Part shown: positions 9,332-18,268 of the stretch, piece after piece
How positions within the stretch are numbered: the stretch's first letter is position 1
Layout: the number at the start of each line of letters is the position of its first letter
From: an uncultured Bdellovibrionales bacterium
GTDB lineage: Bacteria > Bdellovibrionota_C > UBA2361 > CAIXSY01
Direction: 5' to 3'
Assembly: GCA_964510065.1 (NCBI GenBank)
Contig: CAZEAC010000005.1
Coordinates: forward strand, 61,106 to 90,746
Length of the DNA stretch: 29,641 bases
Notes under the pieces: generated by a model
Databases searched by the model: none
What the model was told of the DNA's origin: nothing
Seen by the model: only the letters and a program-made list of their open reading frames with translations
Translations under genes and position numbers: made by a program

Positions 9332-10750
9332 ACATACTTTTCGATCTCGGCAATCGCGCACAAGCTCGGCGACACCGCTACGCACGTCCCGAACAGTTGC
9401 TGCGACGCCATTTTTGCCGCCGCCGGAAGGGATGCCATGGTTCTTAAAGCAATTTTTTACACGGTTTGCGAGCTTCACGGTTTGACGCTCTAGAAGCTTG
9501 AATTGCGGATTGAGGGTCAGCACCTGATCAGCATAGGAAACTGTAACACAGGAGTTGCCGCACACCTGAATTCCGGCACCGAAGATTTCGCGGCCGCGTT
9601 TTCGAATAAGTGCGTACGCTGCATCCACTTCGGCGCTAGTTTTTGTAGTATCAATGTCACACTTATTGTGTGCGGCTCGCGTTGCTTCAGCATCGAATTT
9701 TTCAATGAGTGCACGGGCTTTGGAGAGTAGCCGTTTTTCGAATTTGAGCACCTCTTTAGTTGCCGCCACCGTTTTGCAGCTTGTCTGACAAAGCGTAGCG
9801 TCCGAAATGTTGCCAGCACATGTCCCGCAGGCATCGAGTTTTGCCGTTCCATGAGGAGCGCCGCTGCAGTCAAGACAGCTCAACCCGTCACCGAAGCACA
9901 CACCGCATTGATCTTTGGCTTTGCCAAAGTCGCGAGAATCGGGACAGAGCCCACACTCATCAACAACACGGGCTTTGGTAAGTGGGACGGTGCTACAGCG
10001 ACCGTTGGTAGCGAGAAAATCAATGCTGAGATCAGGGGCATCAGCGTTGCTTAAGCCATTAAAAATGAGCTCAATCGCGCCGATCTTGGTAAGATCCGCA
10101 GCGCCACTTGGACCGAATACAGTGAGCGTAGGAAAATCAACATAGCCAGGGGTGGAAATCTTCGCGCTTCCCGCCGCTGTTAACAGCGAAAATGGAATGG
10201 TAAGTGCAGCAGCCGGCGTTGCGTTAATCGGTTGATTCAAAGTGACGGTAAGCTCAGAATATTTAGAGCCGATTATATTGCTTCCATCGTACAATTTGAG
10301 GGTGATATCGAGCGGGCGCGCCTTTGGATAGTCAAAGAATCGTAATCCTAGGCGAAGTGCGGTCGCTCCATCTTGGGTAAGATCAAGCGCGCCAAGACCA
10401 TTCGGAAGCAATGCAGCGCTACTGTCGCCATCCCATGTGACGATGCCTAGTCCAGCGTGGGCACCCTGAGTGTAGCCGAGCGAAAAATCATTGTCCGAAA
10501 AATATTCGGGATCGGGAAAAGTCTCGATTCGAGTAAGTCCGGCGCCGATGCTGTTTTTAACTGCGAAAAGGGTTCGGACTCCACCAAGCGCACTTGTGCT
10601 TACCGTTGCGGACGTTGATGCGACTCCAATAGTTGATGAGCTCGAGACGCCATCGTCAAGAAACTCATCAAGAGTAAGCGTCACCCCTGACCGAATTGGC
10701 AGAAGTAGGGTGGACACGAGAATTCCGAGAAGGGATAACCTGTTGTGCAT
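9320..10750 (-). CDS. Secreted protein with a cysteine-rich CxxC/CxGDG repeat region
   Basis: An N-terminal signal peptide is present (MHNRLSLLGILVSTLLLPIRSG). CGLCPDSRDFGKAKDQCGVCFGDGLSCLDCSGAPHGTAKLDACGTCAGN resembles the Cys-rich repeats common in secreted proteins of myxobacteria and Bdellovibrio. The N-terminal half is Ser/Thr/Gly-rich. Confidence 0.8.
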   Translation of the reverse strand: MHNRLSLLGILVSTLLLPIRSGVTLTLDEFLDDGVSSSSTIGVASTSATVSTSALGGVRTLFAVKNSIGAGLTRIETFPDPEYFSDNDFSLGYTQGAHAGLGIVTWDGDSSAALLPNGLGALDLTQDGATALRLGLRFFDYPKARPLDITLKLYDGSNIIGSKYSELTVTLNQPINATPAAALTIPFSLLTAAGSAKISTPGYVDFPTLTVFGPSGAADLTKIGAIELIFNGLSNADAPDLSIDFLATNGRCSTVPLTKARVVDECGLCPDSRDFGKAKDQCGVCFGDGLSCLDCSGAPHGTAKLDACGTCAGNISDATLCQTSCKTVAATKEVLKFEKRLLSKARALIEKFDAEATRAAHNKCDIDTTKTSAEVDAAYALIRKRGREIFGAGIQVCGNSCVTVSYADQVLTLNPQFKLLERQTVKLANRVKNCFKNHGIPSGGGKNGVAATVRDVRSGVAELVRDCRDRKVCPPA

Positions 10751-10795
10751 CCCTGAATCTCATCACAGCGATGCAGATTGAGCCAGATATAATCT

Positions 10796-10944
10796 AGTAC
10801 ACTGTAAACATAAGTTTTCCGACTCTTCTCGTCTCTGTGCTCTCCGTGCCTCTGTGGTTCTTTGAACGCAAAATAAACCACAGGTCACAGAGAGCACAGA
10901 GATAGAACCGAGAAGAAGGTAGCATTATTTCGTTTACAGTGTAC
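10796..10944. mobile_element. Copy 2 of the palindromic MITE-like repeat family, the most complete copy, with terminal inverted repeats
   Basis: The terminal inverted repeats are GTACACTGTAAAC (10797-10809) and GTTTACAGTGTAC (10932-10944). The left junction lies in CTAG. Nested arms of ctctgtgctctccgtgcctctgtggtt and aaccacaggtcacagagagcacagag flank a 17-nt loop. Confidence 0.6.
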
Positions 10945-10965
10945 CAGTTGCTAACTTAGAAAAGT

Positions 10966-11496
10966 TTATTTCCCCGCGACCACAAGAAGTGGTTCGGCCC
11001 GGCAAGACTCGCGCAAACTAGGCGGGCCTTCGGGCGTGGGGCGCGGAGGCAGGAGCGCTACGGCAACGCCATGCGGAAACGCAATCTTGTAGGTAACTCC
11101 GATTCGTATCGGGTAGAAGTTTAAGCTCTGGCCGGTATTGCTGCAGATCGCCCAAACCCTCTCAGCGGCGCCTGGTGTAATCAGCTGCATTTCGAGGTCG
11201 CTCAAATTATAACGCCTCCTTGTATCGTTAACCGGCCCGATCTCTAAGCTCAACCCCGCGGTTTCGTCAGTGACTATCTTTACCTTTAGGTGCACCTCGA
11301 TATTGTCGCGGCCAAGGCGACGAAAAAGCAGCTCTGGAACGCCACTTTTTGAAATACGTAATGTTCGATTATTGAGCGAGGTAACAAGCTCTTCTTCCGG
11401 GCCACTACCGAAAGGTAGGAGATCTGAATGCTGAGTGGTTTGCATAAAACTAAAAGGAGACTTGATACTATAGACACAGTTCACGTTGCGCCGCAA
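10966..11496 (-). CDS. Hypothetical protein
   Basis: The ORF-track start is TTG. An internal ATG at 11445 (MQTTQH...) is an alternative. It has no clear domain and no Shine-Dalgarno sequence. It lies immediately downstream of the 603-aa gene on the same strand. Confidence 0.45.
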   Translation of the reverse strand: MRRNVNCVYSIKSPFSFMQTTQHSDLLPFGSGPEEELVTSLNNRTLRISKSGVPELLFRRLGRDNIEVHLKVKIVTDETAGLSLEIGPVNDTRRRYNLSDLEMQLITPGAAERVWAICSNTGQSLNFYPIRIGVTYKIAFPHGVAVALLPPRPTPEGPPSLRESCRAEPLLVVAGK

Positions 11497-11537
11497 TCAG
11501 TGGTCGGAACCTATCGCGCGCATTGGAGTAGTAGGGG

Positions 11538-13349
11538 CTACCGAAAAAGGTAGGGCAAAAGAAGATCTTCCGGATAAGCCGCTCGTGGAATTTGCGGAAA
11601 ATATTCATTGGTGAACTGGAATGTTGATCGAACCGGAAGGTGAACTGGTCCCACACTAAAGAGGTCGAGCGCTAACTCGCGTGGCAGCGGCGGATTAAAG
11701 CGATAGCTTAGAATGTAAGATGGTTTCTTTGGCCTCCAAGAAAGCACCGTTTCTGCGGCCCGTTTTGCTTCCTCACTGTGCGCGAAAAAGCGCACGCTCA
11801 TATCAGCAACAATTGAGGAGTTTTCCTGATCGAGCCTCTTAAAGAAGCGCTCAATTTCATTTATGGTTGGATTCATCTCCCAAAAGCGCACTGCCCAACG
11901 GCCATATATTCGAACGCAGATTCCATCGTTTGTATGTATCTGAAACGTCTCAATCAGCTGCAAGAACTCTTTACAGCTTCGCGCCTTAACTAGCCCCAGC
12001 TCAAGGCACTGTCGCGAAAATTCAGGATGCGCCACCTTCAAACCCGACAAGTTTAGGAGTGCTGTCGCAGCTCCATCAGCAGAGAACTCTTGTCGAAGTC
12101 CTTTTTGCTTTACTAACCGCGCTGCTTGCATAAAGTTCGAGAGCCTTTTCGACAACGTCCATTTATCCAACATCGGTAACGGCACCGCGTCGAGGATTGT
12201 GCCCAGATCCCTCTCTTTACTTATCAGATCTGCAAGTACCTCTAGGGCAACAGCGGCACGCTTCTGCTGAACTTCAGGCTCATAGATCACATTCCCACAG
12301 CTGCTTGACATTCCCATGCTGGCGGCTCGGGAAATTACAATCTGAATCATCAACTCAAAGTCAGCGACTTCAGGGGCTGAAACCTTTGTTACCATTGCCG
12401 CGCTGTTGAAGTCTTTCGCGGCAACATGCACCGCATCGACCCCGTTAGAATCGAGTAGATGGATCCAATTATGCCCGGTGGGCATGTAATGATCCGGATC
12501 GCTTATCATTACCCGAAAAAGCTCGCCTCTTATTTCAGAGTCCCAATCAAGCGAGCGTGGCGCTTCTCTCACTTCACCCCAGAGTCTCTCTCCACGTTCA
12601 CGGCCTGCACGTATTTCAAGCGAGGCTTTGGCCTCGCGAAGCAACCCAAATCCTTCAGCAATCGCTTTCCTGCCTTCAGGATCAAAGTAGGTGACCTTGG
12701 CAAGCTGAACTGCCAATGAATCAGCCATAAAAAACTGCGCCATACGGTAGGCCAGAAACTCCTTAACGAGGTAAACATTCTCAAGCTCGTGTGGTTGGCT
12801 AAAGTTTCGTGAGCCGTGAGTTATCAGATCGAGGCGTGGAGCGCCGAAAATAGCAGTGGCGTTTTTGGCCTGGGCCGGATCGAACCGTATCTTGTACGGC
12901 GGAAGATCCTTTCCAATCTGGCGCGTGTTGCCACCAACTTTTGAGGAGATTGAGAAGGTAGTTAGTTCTGGTACCCCCATAAATTCCAAACGCTCCGCCG
13001 ATGCTTCTGAACTCGGCGATCTTGCTTTTGACGGGAGCGTCATGTGAACTTCAATTGGAATGTCGGGACGAGCAAAAAATGGCGGAGCTGCCTTCTGGCC
13101 TGTGGCCACGGTGGGAACATAGTTGCGCTCGATTGCGCGAGGGATCTCTTCCCAGCCGCTTATTGTGAGATTAAAGCTGGATACCGAATTAAACTTGTAC
13201 TTAATAGTTGGTTGGCATGAGCTTGATCTGGAATTTTGCTCCTCCATAGAGCTCTTCCAGGGGGCAAGCCCTGAGAGCAGCGCCCCGAGACCTACAATAC
13301 TGGCAGGGGCGGCCATGACTTTGCCGTATTTTCGCAGCTGGGTAAACAT
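11538..13349 (-). CDS. Hypothetical secreted protein (603 aa)
   Basis: It is a long uninterrupted ORF. A signal-peptide-like stretch AAPASIVGLGALLSGLAPW follows M1 or M12. I could not assign a domain with confidence. Confidence 0.7.
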   Translation of the reverse strand: MFTQLRKYGKVMAAPASIVGLGALLSGLAPWKSSMEEQNSRSSSCQPTIKYKFNSVSSFNLTISGWEEIPRAIERNYVPTVATGQKAAPPFFARPDIPIEVHMTLPSKARSPSSEASAERLEFMGVPELTTFSISSKVGGNTRQIGKDLPPYKIRFDPAQAKNATAIFGAPRLDLITHGSRNFSQPHELENVYLVKEFLAYRMAQFFMADSLAVQLAKVTYFDPEGRKAIAEGFGLLREAKASLEIRAGRERGERLWGEVREAPRSLDWDSEIRGELFRVMISDPDHYMPTGHNWIHLLDSNGVDAVHVAAKDFNSAAMVTKVSAPEVADFELMIQIVISRAASMGMSSSCGNVIYEPEVQQKRAAVALEVLADLISKERDLGTILDAVPLPMLDKWTLSKRLSNFMQAARLVKQKGLRQEFSADGAATALLNLSGLKVAHPEFSRQCLELGLVKARSCKEFLQLIETFQIHTNDGICVRIYGRWAVRFWEMNPTINEIERFFKRLDQENSSIVADMSVRFFAHSEEAKRAAETVLSWRPKKPSYILSYRFNPPLPRELALDLFSVGPVHLPVRSTFQFTNEYFPQIPRAAYPEDLLLPYLFR

Positions 13350-13414
13350 CGGAACAGCCTGAAACTGCTTACATCAAAATTAACAACCCTTTTGATGATA
13401 CATGAGAGCGAGAG

Positions 13415-14047
13415 CTATACCAAGAGTTCGTTTGCCTTGGAAACCTCGAGCGCTCGAATTTCCCAGCCAATCTCTCCAGGAATAAAGAGCACCGGCGTGG
13501 CGTGAGGTAGCTGCACTGCGTATTCCAGGGCATTCTGATCCGCGTGAAGAAGCAAACACAACGACCGAAAAAAGCGGCCATGTCCTACCAACACTATATT
13601 TCCCCCTTTCTCGGCGGGACGACTCAAAATATCATTCAAAGCCTGCTTGATTCTGGCATGAAATACCGAGCGTTCCTCGAGGCCTTCTATTCCCGAGGGC
13701 TCCTGAAAATCAGGCTCCAATTCGCGACGCTCATGAGCAAACATCGCACGGTTGTCAGCGCCATCGAGAACACCCCATCCACGCTCAATGAGCGCCGGAT
13801 TTATTTCGGCCTCAGCACAACAAAGACGCTTTGCAATTATTTCGGCCGTTTCGCGTGCACGCTGGAGACTGCTGGTAAACAGACGCAGCCTCCCGCAGCA
13901 GTGCGCGGCAAGGGTCGAAGCCGCATCAAGCGCCTGAGCACGACCTAGATCGGTCAACGGAAAATCAATCCAGCCCTGGCACAGCTTACGCAGATTTCCC
14001 TCTGCCTCGCCGTGTCGAATGTAAATAAATTTTTGCTTGGGAATCAT
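13415..14047 (-). CDS. Histidine phosphatase family protein (phosphoglycerate-mutase-like)
   Basis: The N-terminal catalytic motif IYIRHGEAEGN (RHG) and the VLVGHGRFFRSL region are present. The ATG at 14047 is 6 nt after the stop of the upstream APH-like gene. The ORF-track TTG at 14059 is less likely. Confidence 0.8.
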   Translation of the reverse strand: MIPKQKFIYIRHGEAEGNLRKLCQGWIDFPLTDLGRAQALDAASTLAAHCCGRLRLFTSSLQRARETAEIIAKRLCCAEAEINPALIERGWGVLDGADNRAMFAHERRELEPDFQEPSGIEGLEERSVFHARIKQALNDILSRPAEKGGNIVLVGHGRFFRSLCLLLHADQNALEYAVQLPHATPVLFIPGEIGWEIRALEVSKANELLV

Positions 14048-14052
14048 TGTAT

Positions 14053-15192
14053 TTAGCAAGGAGCTTTATAGCCTATCTCGGCCAGCAGATCTCGAAGATT
14101 CTCCGCTTTTTCTCGCATGACCGTACTTACAGGGTAGGCGTGAGTGCGCATGGCGGCCTGCTCACGTTTATCGCTGAGGAATCGCGCGGTGTTGCTGACT
14201 TTATCGCGACGCCACTCATCGCAGGCGAGAAGACCAAAAAGATTCGATAGTATCTTATTGCCGGTCGCGCATGCCGGCGTGATCTGTTGCGATATGCCGG
14301 CGAGCGTACAAAACGTTTTGGCGTCAGCTTGATCGCGAAGGAAATCGCACCCCGCAAAGTATTCGAATTCAGGCAGCGCAAAGCCGGCCCATTCCCAATC
14401 AAGTACGGCGACAATGTTTCGTCCATCGTGATCGAGAAGAATGTTCTTGCGCGCAAAATCGAGATGACTAAGTGGAAAAAGTTGCTGATTGTTATCGCTC
14501 CAGGTGGCGCTTTCGTGCAGAGCGCGTGCACAGAGTCCGCAAAGCTGCTTATCAAATCCAACCGCCTGTCGTTCGGTGGCGGACCATTTAAGCGCGATTT
14601 TTCGAAGGTACGATTCGCCGATAAACTTAATGTACTCGGCCCGAGTGCGAACCGGAGCACTGAGCATGCCGGAAACTTCGTAAATATTTGTAGCGCACGG
14701 GACCTCGCTTTTTAATGAAAATCCTCCCAATGCATCTGCCTTAATGGTTCGAAGGTTACGCACATGTTCGGCGGCTTGAACGAGAAGACGTTCGTGATGT
14801 GGCGATTCGAGTGGAAACGTTGACCAGGGAACGCCCTCAATGCGCTGCATCACCATGTAATAGGGATGCGGACCCAGCCGAGGCGGCAGCCCCACCGAAG
14901 TAGGCGCTCGTCCTATGCCGATAATGTGTGGGACCGGGGCAATGCCGCTCGCGCCAAGGTAACTCATTACCGCCGCCTCGTTGGTAAGTTTGTGGTGATC
15001 CCAATTGCGGTTACTGAATTTGATTACAACCTCTTGACCGTGCAAGTTGCCGGTGTACAGGTCGTTTACTCTACTGCTGATGCCTTGGAATTCACGGAGG
15101 TCTCGCACGGACTCAAGCAACGCCGGTTTTATTCGGCGCGGCAGCGCGAAGTGGGAAAGGCCGACATGTTGTTTAAGCGCAGGCGATAGCAT
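14053..15192 (-). CDS. Phosphotransferase-family kinase (APH/choline-kinase-like)
   Basis: The catalytic-loop motif HLDFARKNILLD (HxDxxxxN) and the DWEWAG motif (the DFG equivalent) are present. An excellent AAGGAG ribosome-binding site lies 6 nt upstream. The gene overlaps the 3' end of the upstream monooxygenase gene by 20 nt. Confidence 0.8.
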   Translation of the reverse strand: MLSPALKQHVGLSHFALPRRIKPALLESVRDLREFQGISSRVNDLYTGNLHGQEVVIKFSNRNWDHHKLTNEAAVMSYLGASGIAPVPHIIGIGRAPTSVGLPPRLGPHPYYMVMQRIEGVPWSTFPLESPHHERLLVQAAEHVRNLRTIKADALGGFSLKSEVPCATNIYEVSGMLSAPVRTRAEYIKFIGESYLRKIALKWSATERQAVGFDKQLCGLCARALHESATWSDNNQQLFPLSHLDFARKNILLDHDGRNIVAVLDWEWAGFALPEFEYFAGCDFLRDQADAKTFCTLAGISQQITPACATGNKILSNLFGLLACDEWRRDKVSNTARFLSDKREQAAMRTHAYPVSTVMREKAENLRDLLAEIGYKAPC

Positions 15193-16504
15193 AATGCTCC
15201 TTCATTTCGGGTAGTGGAGTAGGGTAGCCGCGCATAAGAGCGCGGTATCGTGCTCTAAAAAGTGATCGGTGATTTGACCAGGCAATTACTTCACGCTCAA
15301 GATTGGCTGCTCGATTGCCGGCCGTGAGATGTTCCGTTGCTTCGAGTGAAATTGCCGATACAAACTGAGCGCGTGCCATTCGCGATGTTGCGAGATTGTC
15401 TATGACGTTCGTGAGTGAGCGACCGAAAGGCACATCAAAAAAGTTTGTCAGTGCTGCGGCTGCTTCGACGGAATCCTCGATAGCCGACGTTGCACCTTGG
15501 CCGAGCGTGGGCACTGTTGCGTGAGCCGAGTCTCCGAGGAAAAGTATGTTGCGGGCATCTACCGTAAAGAGCGGATCGATATTCTGCATTCGAACCCAGT
15601 GAAATCGAAGGGCATTTTCGGTTAGTGTACGGAGAATGTATTCGCCTTGAGCTGAAAGTCTCCCCGAGAGCGGCGTATAAATATGCCTCAAACCCTCGGA
15701 ACGCTTCGCGGCTTCTGGAATCTCCTCGGGAATCGGAAAATTGCCGTAGAGATAGAGCTGCGGCCGGCCATCGTCGCTAAAGGGCATCTTCATGATGCCG
15801 ATCCGCGCAAGGCCCGAGAGGCAGTGCGCGAAATCACGTCCCCACGCAGTCGGGTAGGAGCGTTCGGCTTCGAGGTTATAGTAGAGCTCCATATCATCGA
15901 AAAGACCTCCAGAGGTATCGGGAACCAGGGTGCGAAAATTGCTCACTCCAGCAAACGTGGTCTTCGGAGGCTGAAACTGCCGACGGATCGCCGAATAGCG
16001 CCCGTCCGCAGCGATGAGAAGGTCGACATCGTCTATAATTCTCTCTCGAGATTGACTTTGGCTGCGGCAGCTAACTTCGAGTCCGCTCTGCGTTTGACGA
16101 ACCGCCACAACTTCACAGCCATATTGCGGTGGCGAAAAGGACCGAAGGACTCGATAGGCGTCGCGCCAACGTACGCGTAGGCCGCTACATGGGGCCAGCG
16201 AGTCTCGATCGTCAGGATCGAAGATAGTTTCATTAAAGAGGCATTCGCCAGAGAAGCTTTTAGCTACTATCTTATGTCGTGGAAGCCCCACCTTTCGTAG
16301 CGCGGAAGCGAGTTCAGGGTCATGCAGTTGGAGCGCAGCCAAACCGTTTGGATTCAGATTAAAACCGGTGCTGGTCTCTTGATTGTCTGTGCATGTCTCT
16401 TTTTCGACGTAAAAAAGCTCAACGTTATCAAGTTTGCTGAGGCTCTTTGCCAGAATTGCTCCACTAAAGCCACTACCCGCGATGACAACCTTCCACCTTT
16501 TCAT
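15173..16504 (-). CDS. FAD-dependent monooxygenase (PHBH/UbiH-like flavin hydroxylase family)
   Basis: The N-terminal Rossmann motif VVIAGSGFSGAILA and the GDSAHATVPTLGQGATSAIEDSVEAA motif (GD..H...GQG...DA) are present. The ATG at 16504 is preferred over the one at 16516. Confidence 0.85.
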   Translation of the reverse strand: MKRWKVVIAGSGFSGAILAKSLSKLDNVELFYVEKETCTDNQETSTGFNLNPNGLAALQLHDPELASALRKVGLPRHKIVAKSFSGECLFNETIFDPDDRDSLAPCSGLRVRWRDAYRVLRSFSPPQYGCEVVAVRQTQSGLEVSCRSQSQSRERIIDDVDLLIAADGRYSAIRRQFQPPKTTFAGVSNFRTLVPDTSGGLFDDMELYYNLEAERSYPTAWGRDFAHCLSGLARIGIMKMPFSDDGRPQLYLYGNFPIPEEIPEAAKRSEGLRHIYTPLSGRLSAQGEYILRTLTENALRFHWVRMQNIDPLFTVDARNILFLGDSAHATVPTLGQGATSAIEDSVEAAAALTNFFDVPFGRSLTNVIDNLATSRMARAQFVSAISLEATEHLTAGNRAANLEREVIAWSNHRSLFRARYRALMRGYPTPLPEMKEHYAIACA

Positions 16505-16743
16505 ATCCGCCCCCATCCTTCATTCGCGTCGCCTTGAAAGCGACTACAAGGGGACCATACACGGAGATCGTGACGTCGCTTGGCGACGTGATGTCAGAAC
16601 AGGATTCAGAAATCAAAGAAAGTAAAACTCGAGCGAAGAAGTCGTCCTTCTTGACCTGAATTTCAATTTGCTATCTCAATACCGGCGCAATGGCGGGTAC
16701 CGCACGGCTACGCATGTCTTTTTGGAAGAGATTGTCTTCCTTG

Positions 16744-18234
16744 TTAGGCCGCTCCATTATTCTCTTGATCACCGTCCTTCATAACAAAGCGAGCAGAGAG
16801 CATTGCCACAGGGCGGGCGAGGTCTGCTTTCTCAACCGACGTGAGCACTTCTTTAAAATCCTTGTATGCCTGTGGTGCTTCGTCCCGCGGATATTGTCGA
16901 CAGTTGCTGATAATATCGTGCGCGTCGAGCTGTGCTTCGATGTCACGCTGTGACAGTTCGCGAATCGCGCGGGTGCGGCTCATCGCACGCCCGGCGCCGT
17001 GATTGACACTATAACAGCTTCGTGAAGCATTGGCGTTTGCGACCATGACAGCAGACCCCGCCGCAGGATTTCCAGGAAGCAGTATCGGATGCCCAGTTGA
17101 CTCATAGCGCCCACCTTTCAGCGCATGATGTCCAGCGGGAAAGGCGCGAGTCGCACCCTTGCGGTGCACCCAGGCGGGCTTTTCATTTACGATCTCTTGC
17201 CGCGCGATATTATGGCTTATGAAGTACACAAGTTCGCCCTTTATACCGGGAAATACCTGCTGAAATGCCTCTAATACCAGCGAATTAATAAGAAGATGAT
17301 TAAGCGTGGCGAAATTTGCGCCGAGCGCCATATCGTCAATGTAGGCATCCGCTTCGGGGGTGCCAAGTGGTGCATACACGAGCTCTCTATCTGCGCCAGG
17401 AAGCGGAATTTTCCAATCCGCAAATTTTTTTTGCAGGGTCTTGAACTGCTGCTGTGCGAGATAATAACCGAATCCGCGCGAGCCACAGTGCGAGAGGAAT
17501 GCAATCCTTCCATCGGCGAGTCCGAACGCCTTGGCTATGTGCGCTTCGTTCGGATTAACGCGTACCGTGTTTGCCTCACCGAAGTGGTTTCCACCGCCAT
17601 AGGATCCAAGCTGCCGAATCTTCCCGTGAAGAAAATCAACGCCTTTTGTGTGTTCGTGAAATTCAAACCGCGCAGCGAGAGAATCTTTGGACTCGTCATG
17701 GCCATTGTGAAAGGCGTCTTCGCATGATTCAGCCCAGTGTGCGGGAACTCCCAGCTCCGCGCACACCTCGGCAGTCGCTCCATCGGTAACGAGCTTTTTC
17801 CCGGTCGAATAATCAACGTGGCGCGACTTTCTGACCGAGCGTTGTCCTTTGCCCGCGCCAGTTGGTAGCATTTCTAAAAGGGCGTTGATCACATTTCTTC
17901 GAATCTCCTTACTCTTGAGCTCGGCTTCAGGAAGATCGGTTTGAAGTAGGCTCATCGAGCATTTGATATCGACGCCGACAGGTCCCGGATAAATGTGAGT
18001 TGGCGATACCATTACGCAACCCACTGGAGCGCCATAGCCCGCGTGCGCGTCCGGATTCAGCACCAGGTCTGAAACTCCTGGCGCGAGCCTGCTGTTTATC
18101 GCCTGTGCGAGACATTTCTCGTCAAACGAATCTCTGATACTTTTTGTGCCTATCACGGTAATTGGCGAGACCGTCGAATCAGGTACTGCAAGAAAACCCA
18201 AGGCTTCATCGGTAACATGTATTTTATCGTTCAT
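16744..18234 (-). CDS. rtcB: RNA-splicing ligase RtcB (3'-phosphate/2',3'-cyclic-phosphate RNA ligase)
   Basis: DAHAGYGAPVG, the metal-binding His/Cys positions, NHGAGR and GSRGFG are RtcB family signatures. The product is longer than E. coli RtcB (496 aa versus 408 aa). The gene starts 34 nt after the SPFH gene on the same strand. Confidence 0.93.
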   Translation of the reverse strand: MNDKIHVTDEALGFLAVPDSTVSPITVIGTKSIRDSFDEKCLAQAINSRLAPGVSDLVLNPDAHAGYGAPVGCVMVSPTHIYPGPVGVDIKCSMSLLQTDLPEAELKSKEIRRNVINALLEMLPTGAGKGQRSVRKSRHVDYSTGKKLVTDGATAEVCAELGVPAHWAESCEDAFHNGHDESKDSLAARFEFHEHTKGVDFLHGKIRQLGSYGGGNHFGEANTVRVNPNEAHIAKAFGLADGRIAFLSHCGSRGFGYYLAQQQFKTLQKKFADWKIPLPGADRELVYAPLGTPEADAYIDDMALGANFATLNHLLINSLVLEAFQQVFPGIKGELVYFISHNIARQEIVNEKPAWVHRKGATRAFPAGHHALKGGRYESTGHPILLPGNPAAGSAVMVANANASRSCYSVNHGAGRAMSRTRAIRELSQRDIEAQLDAHDIISNCRQYPRDEAPQAYKDFKEVLTSVEKADLARPVAMLSARFVMKDGDQENNGAA

Positions 18235-18268
18235 AACATACTCACGTCGTATACAAGGGAACGTTTTC

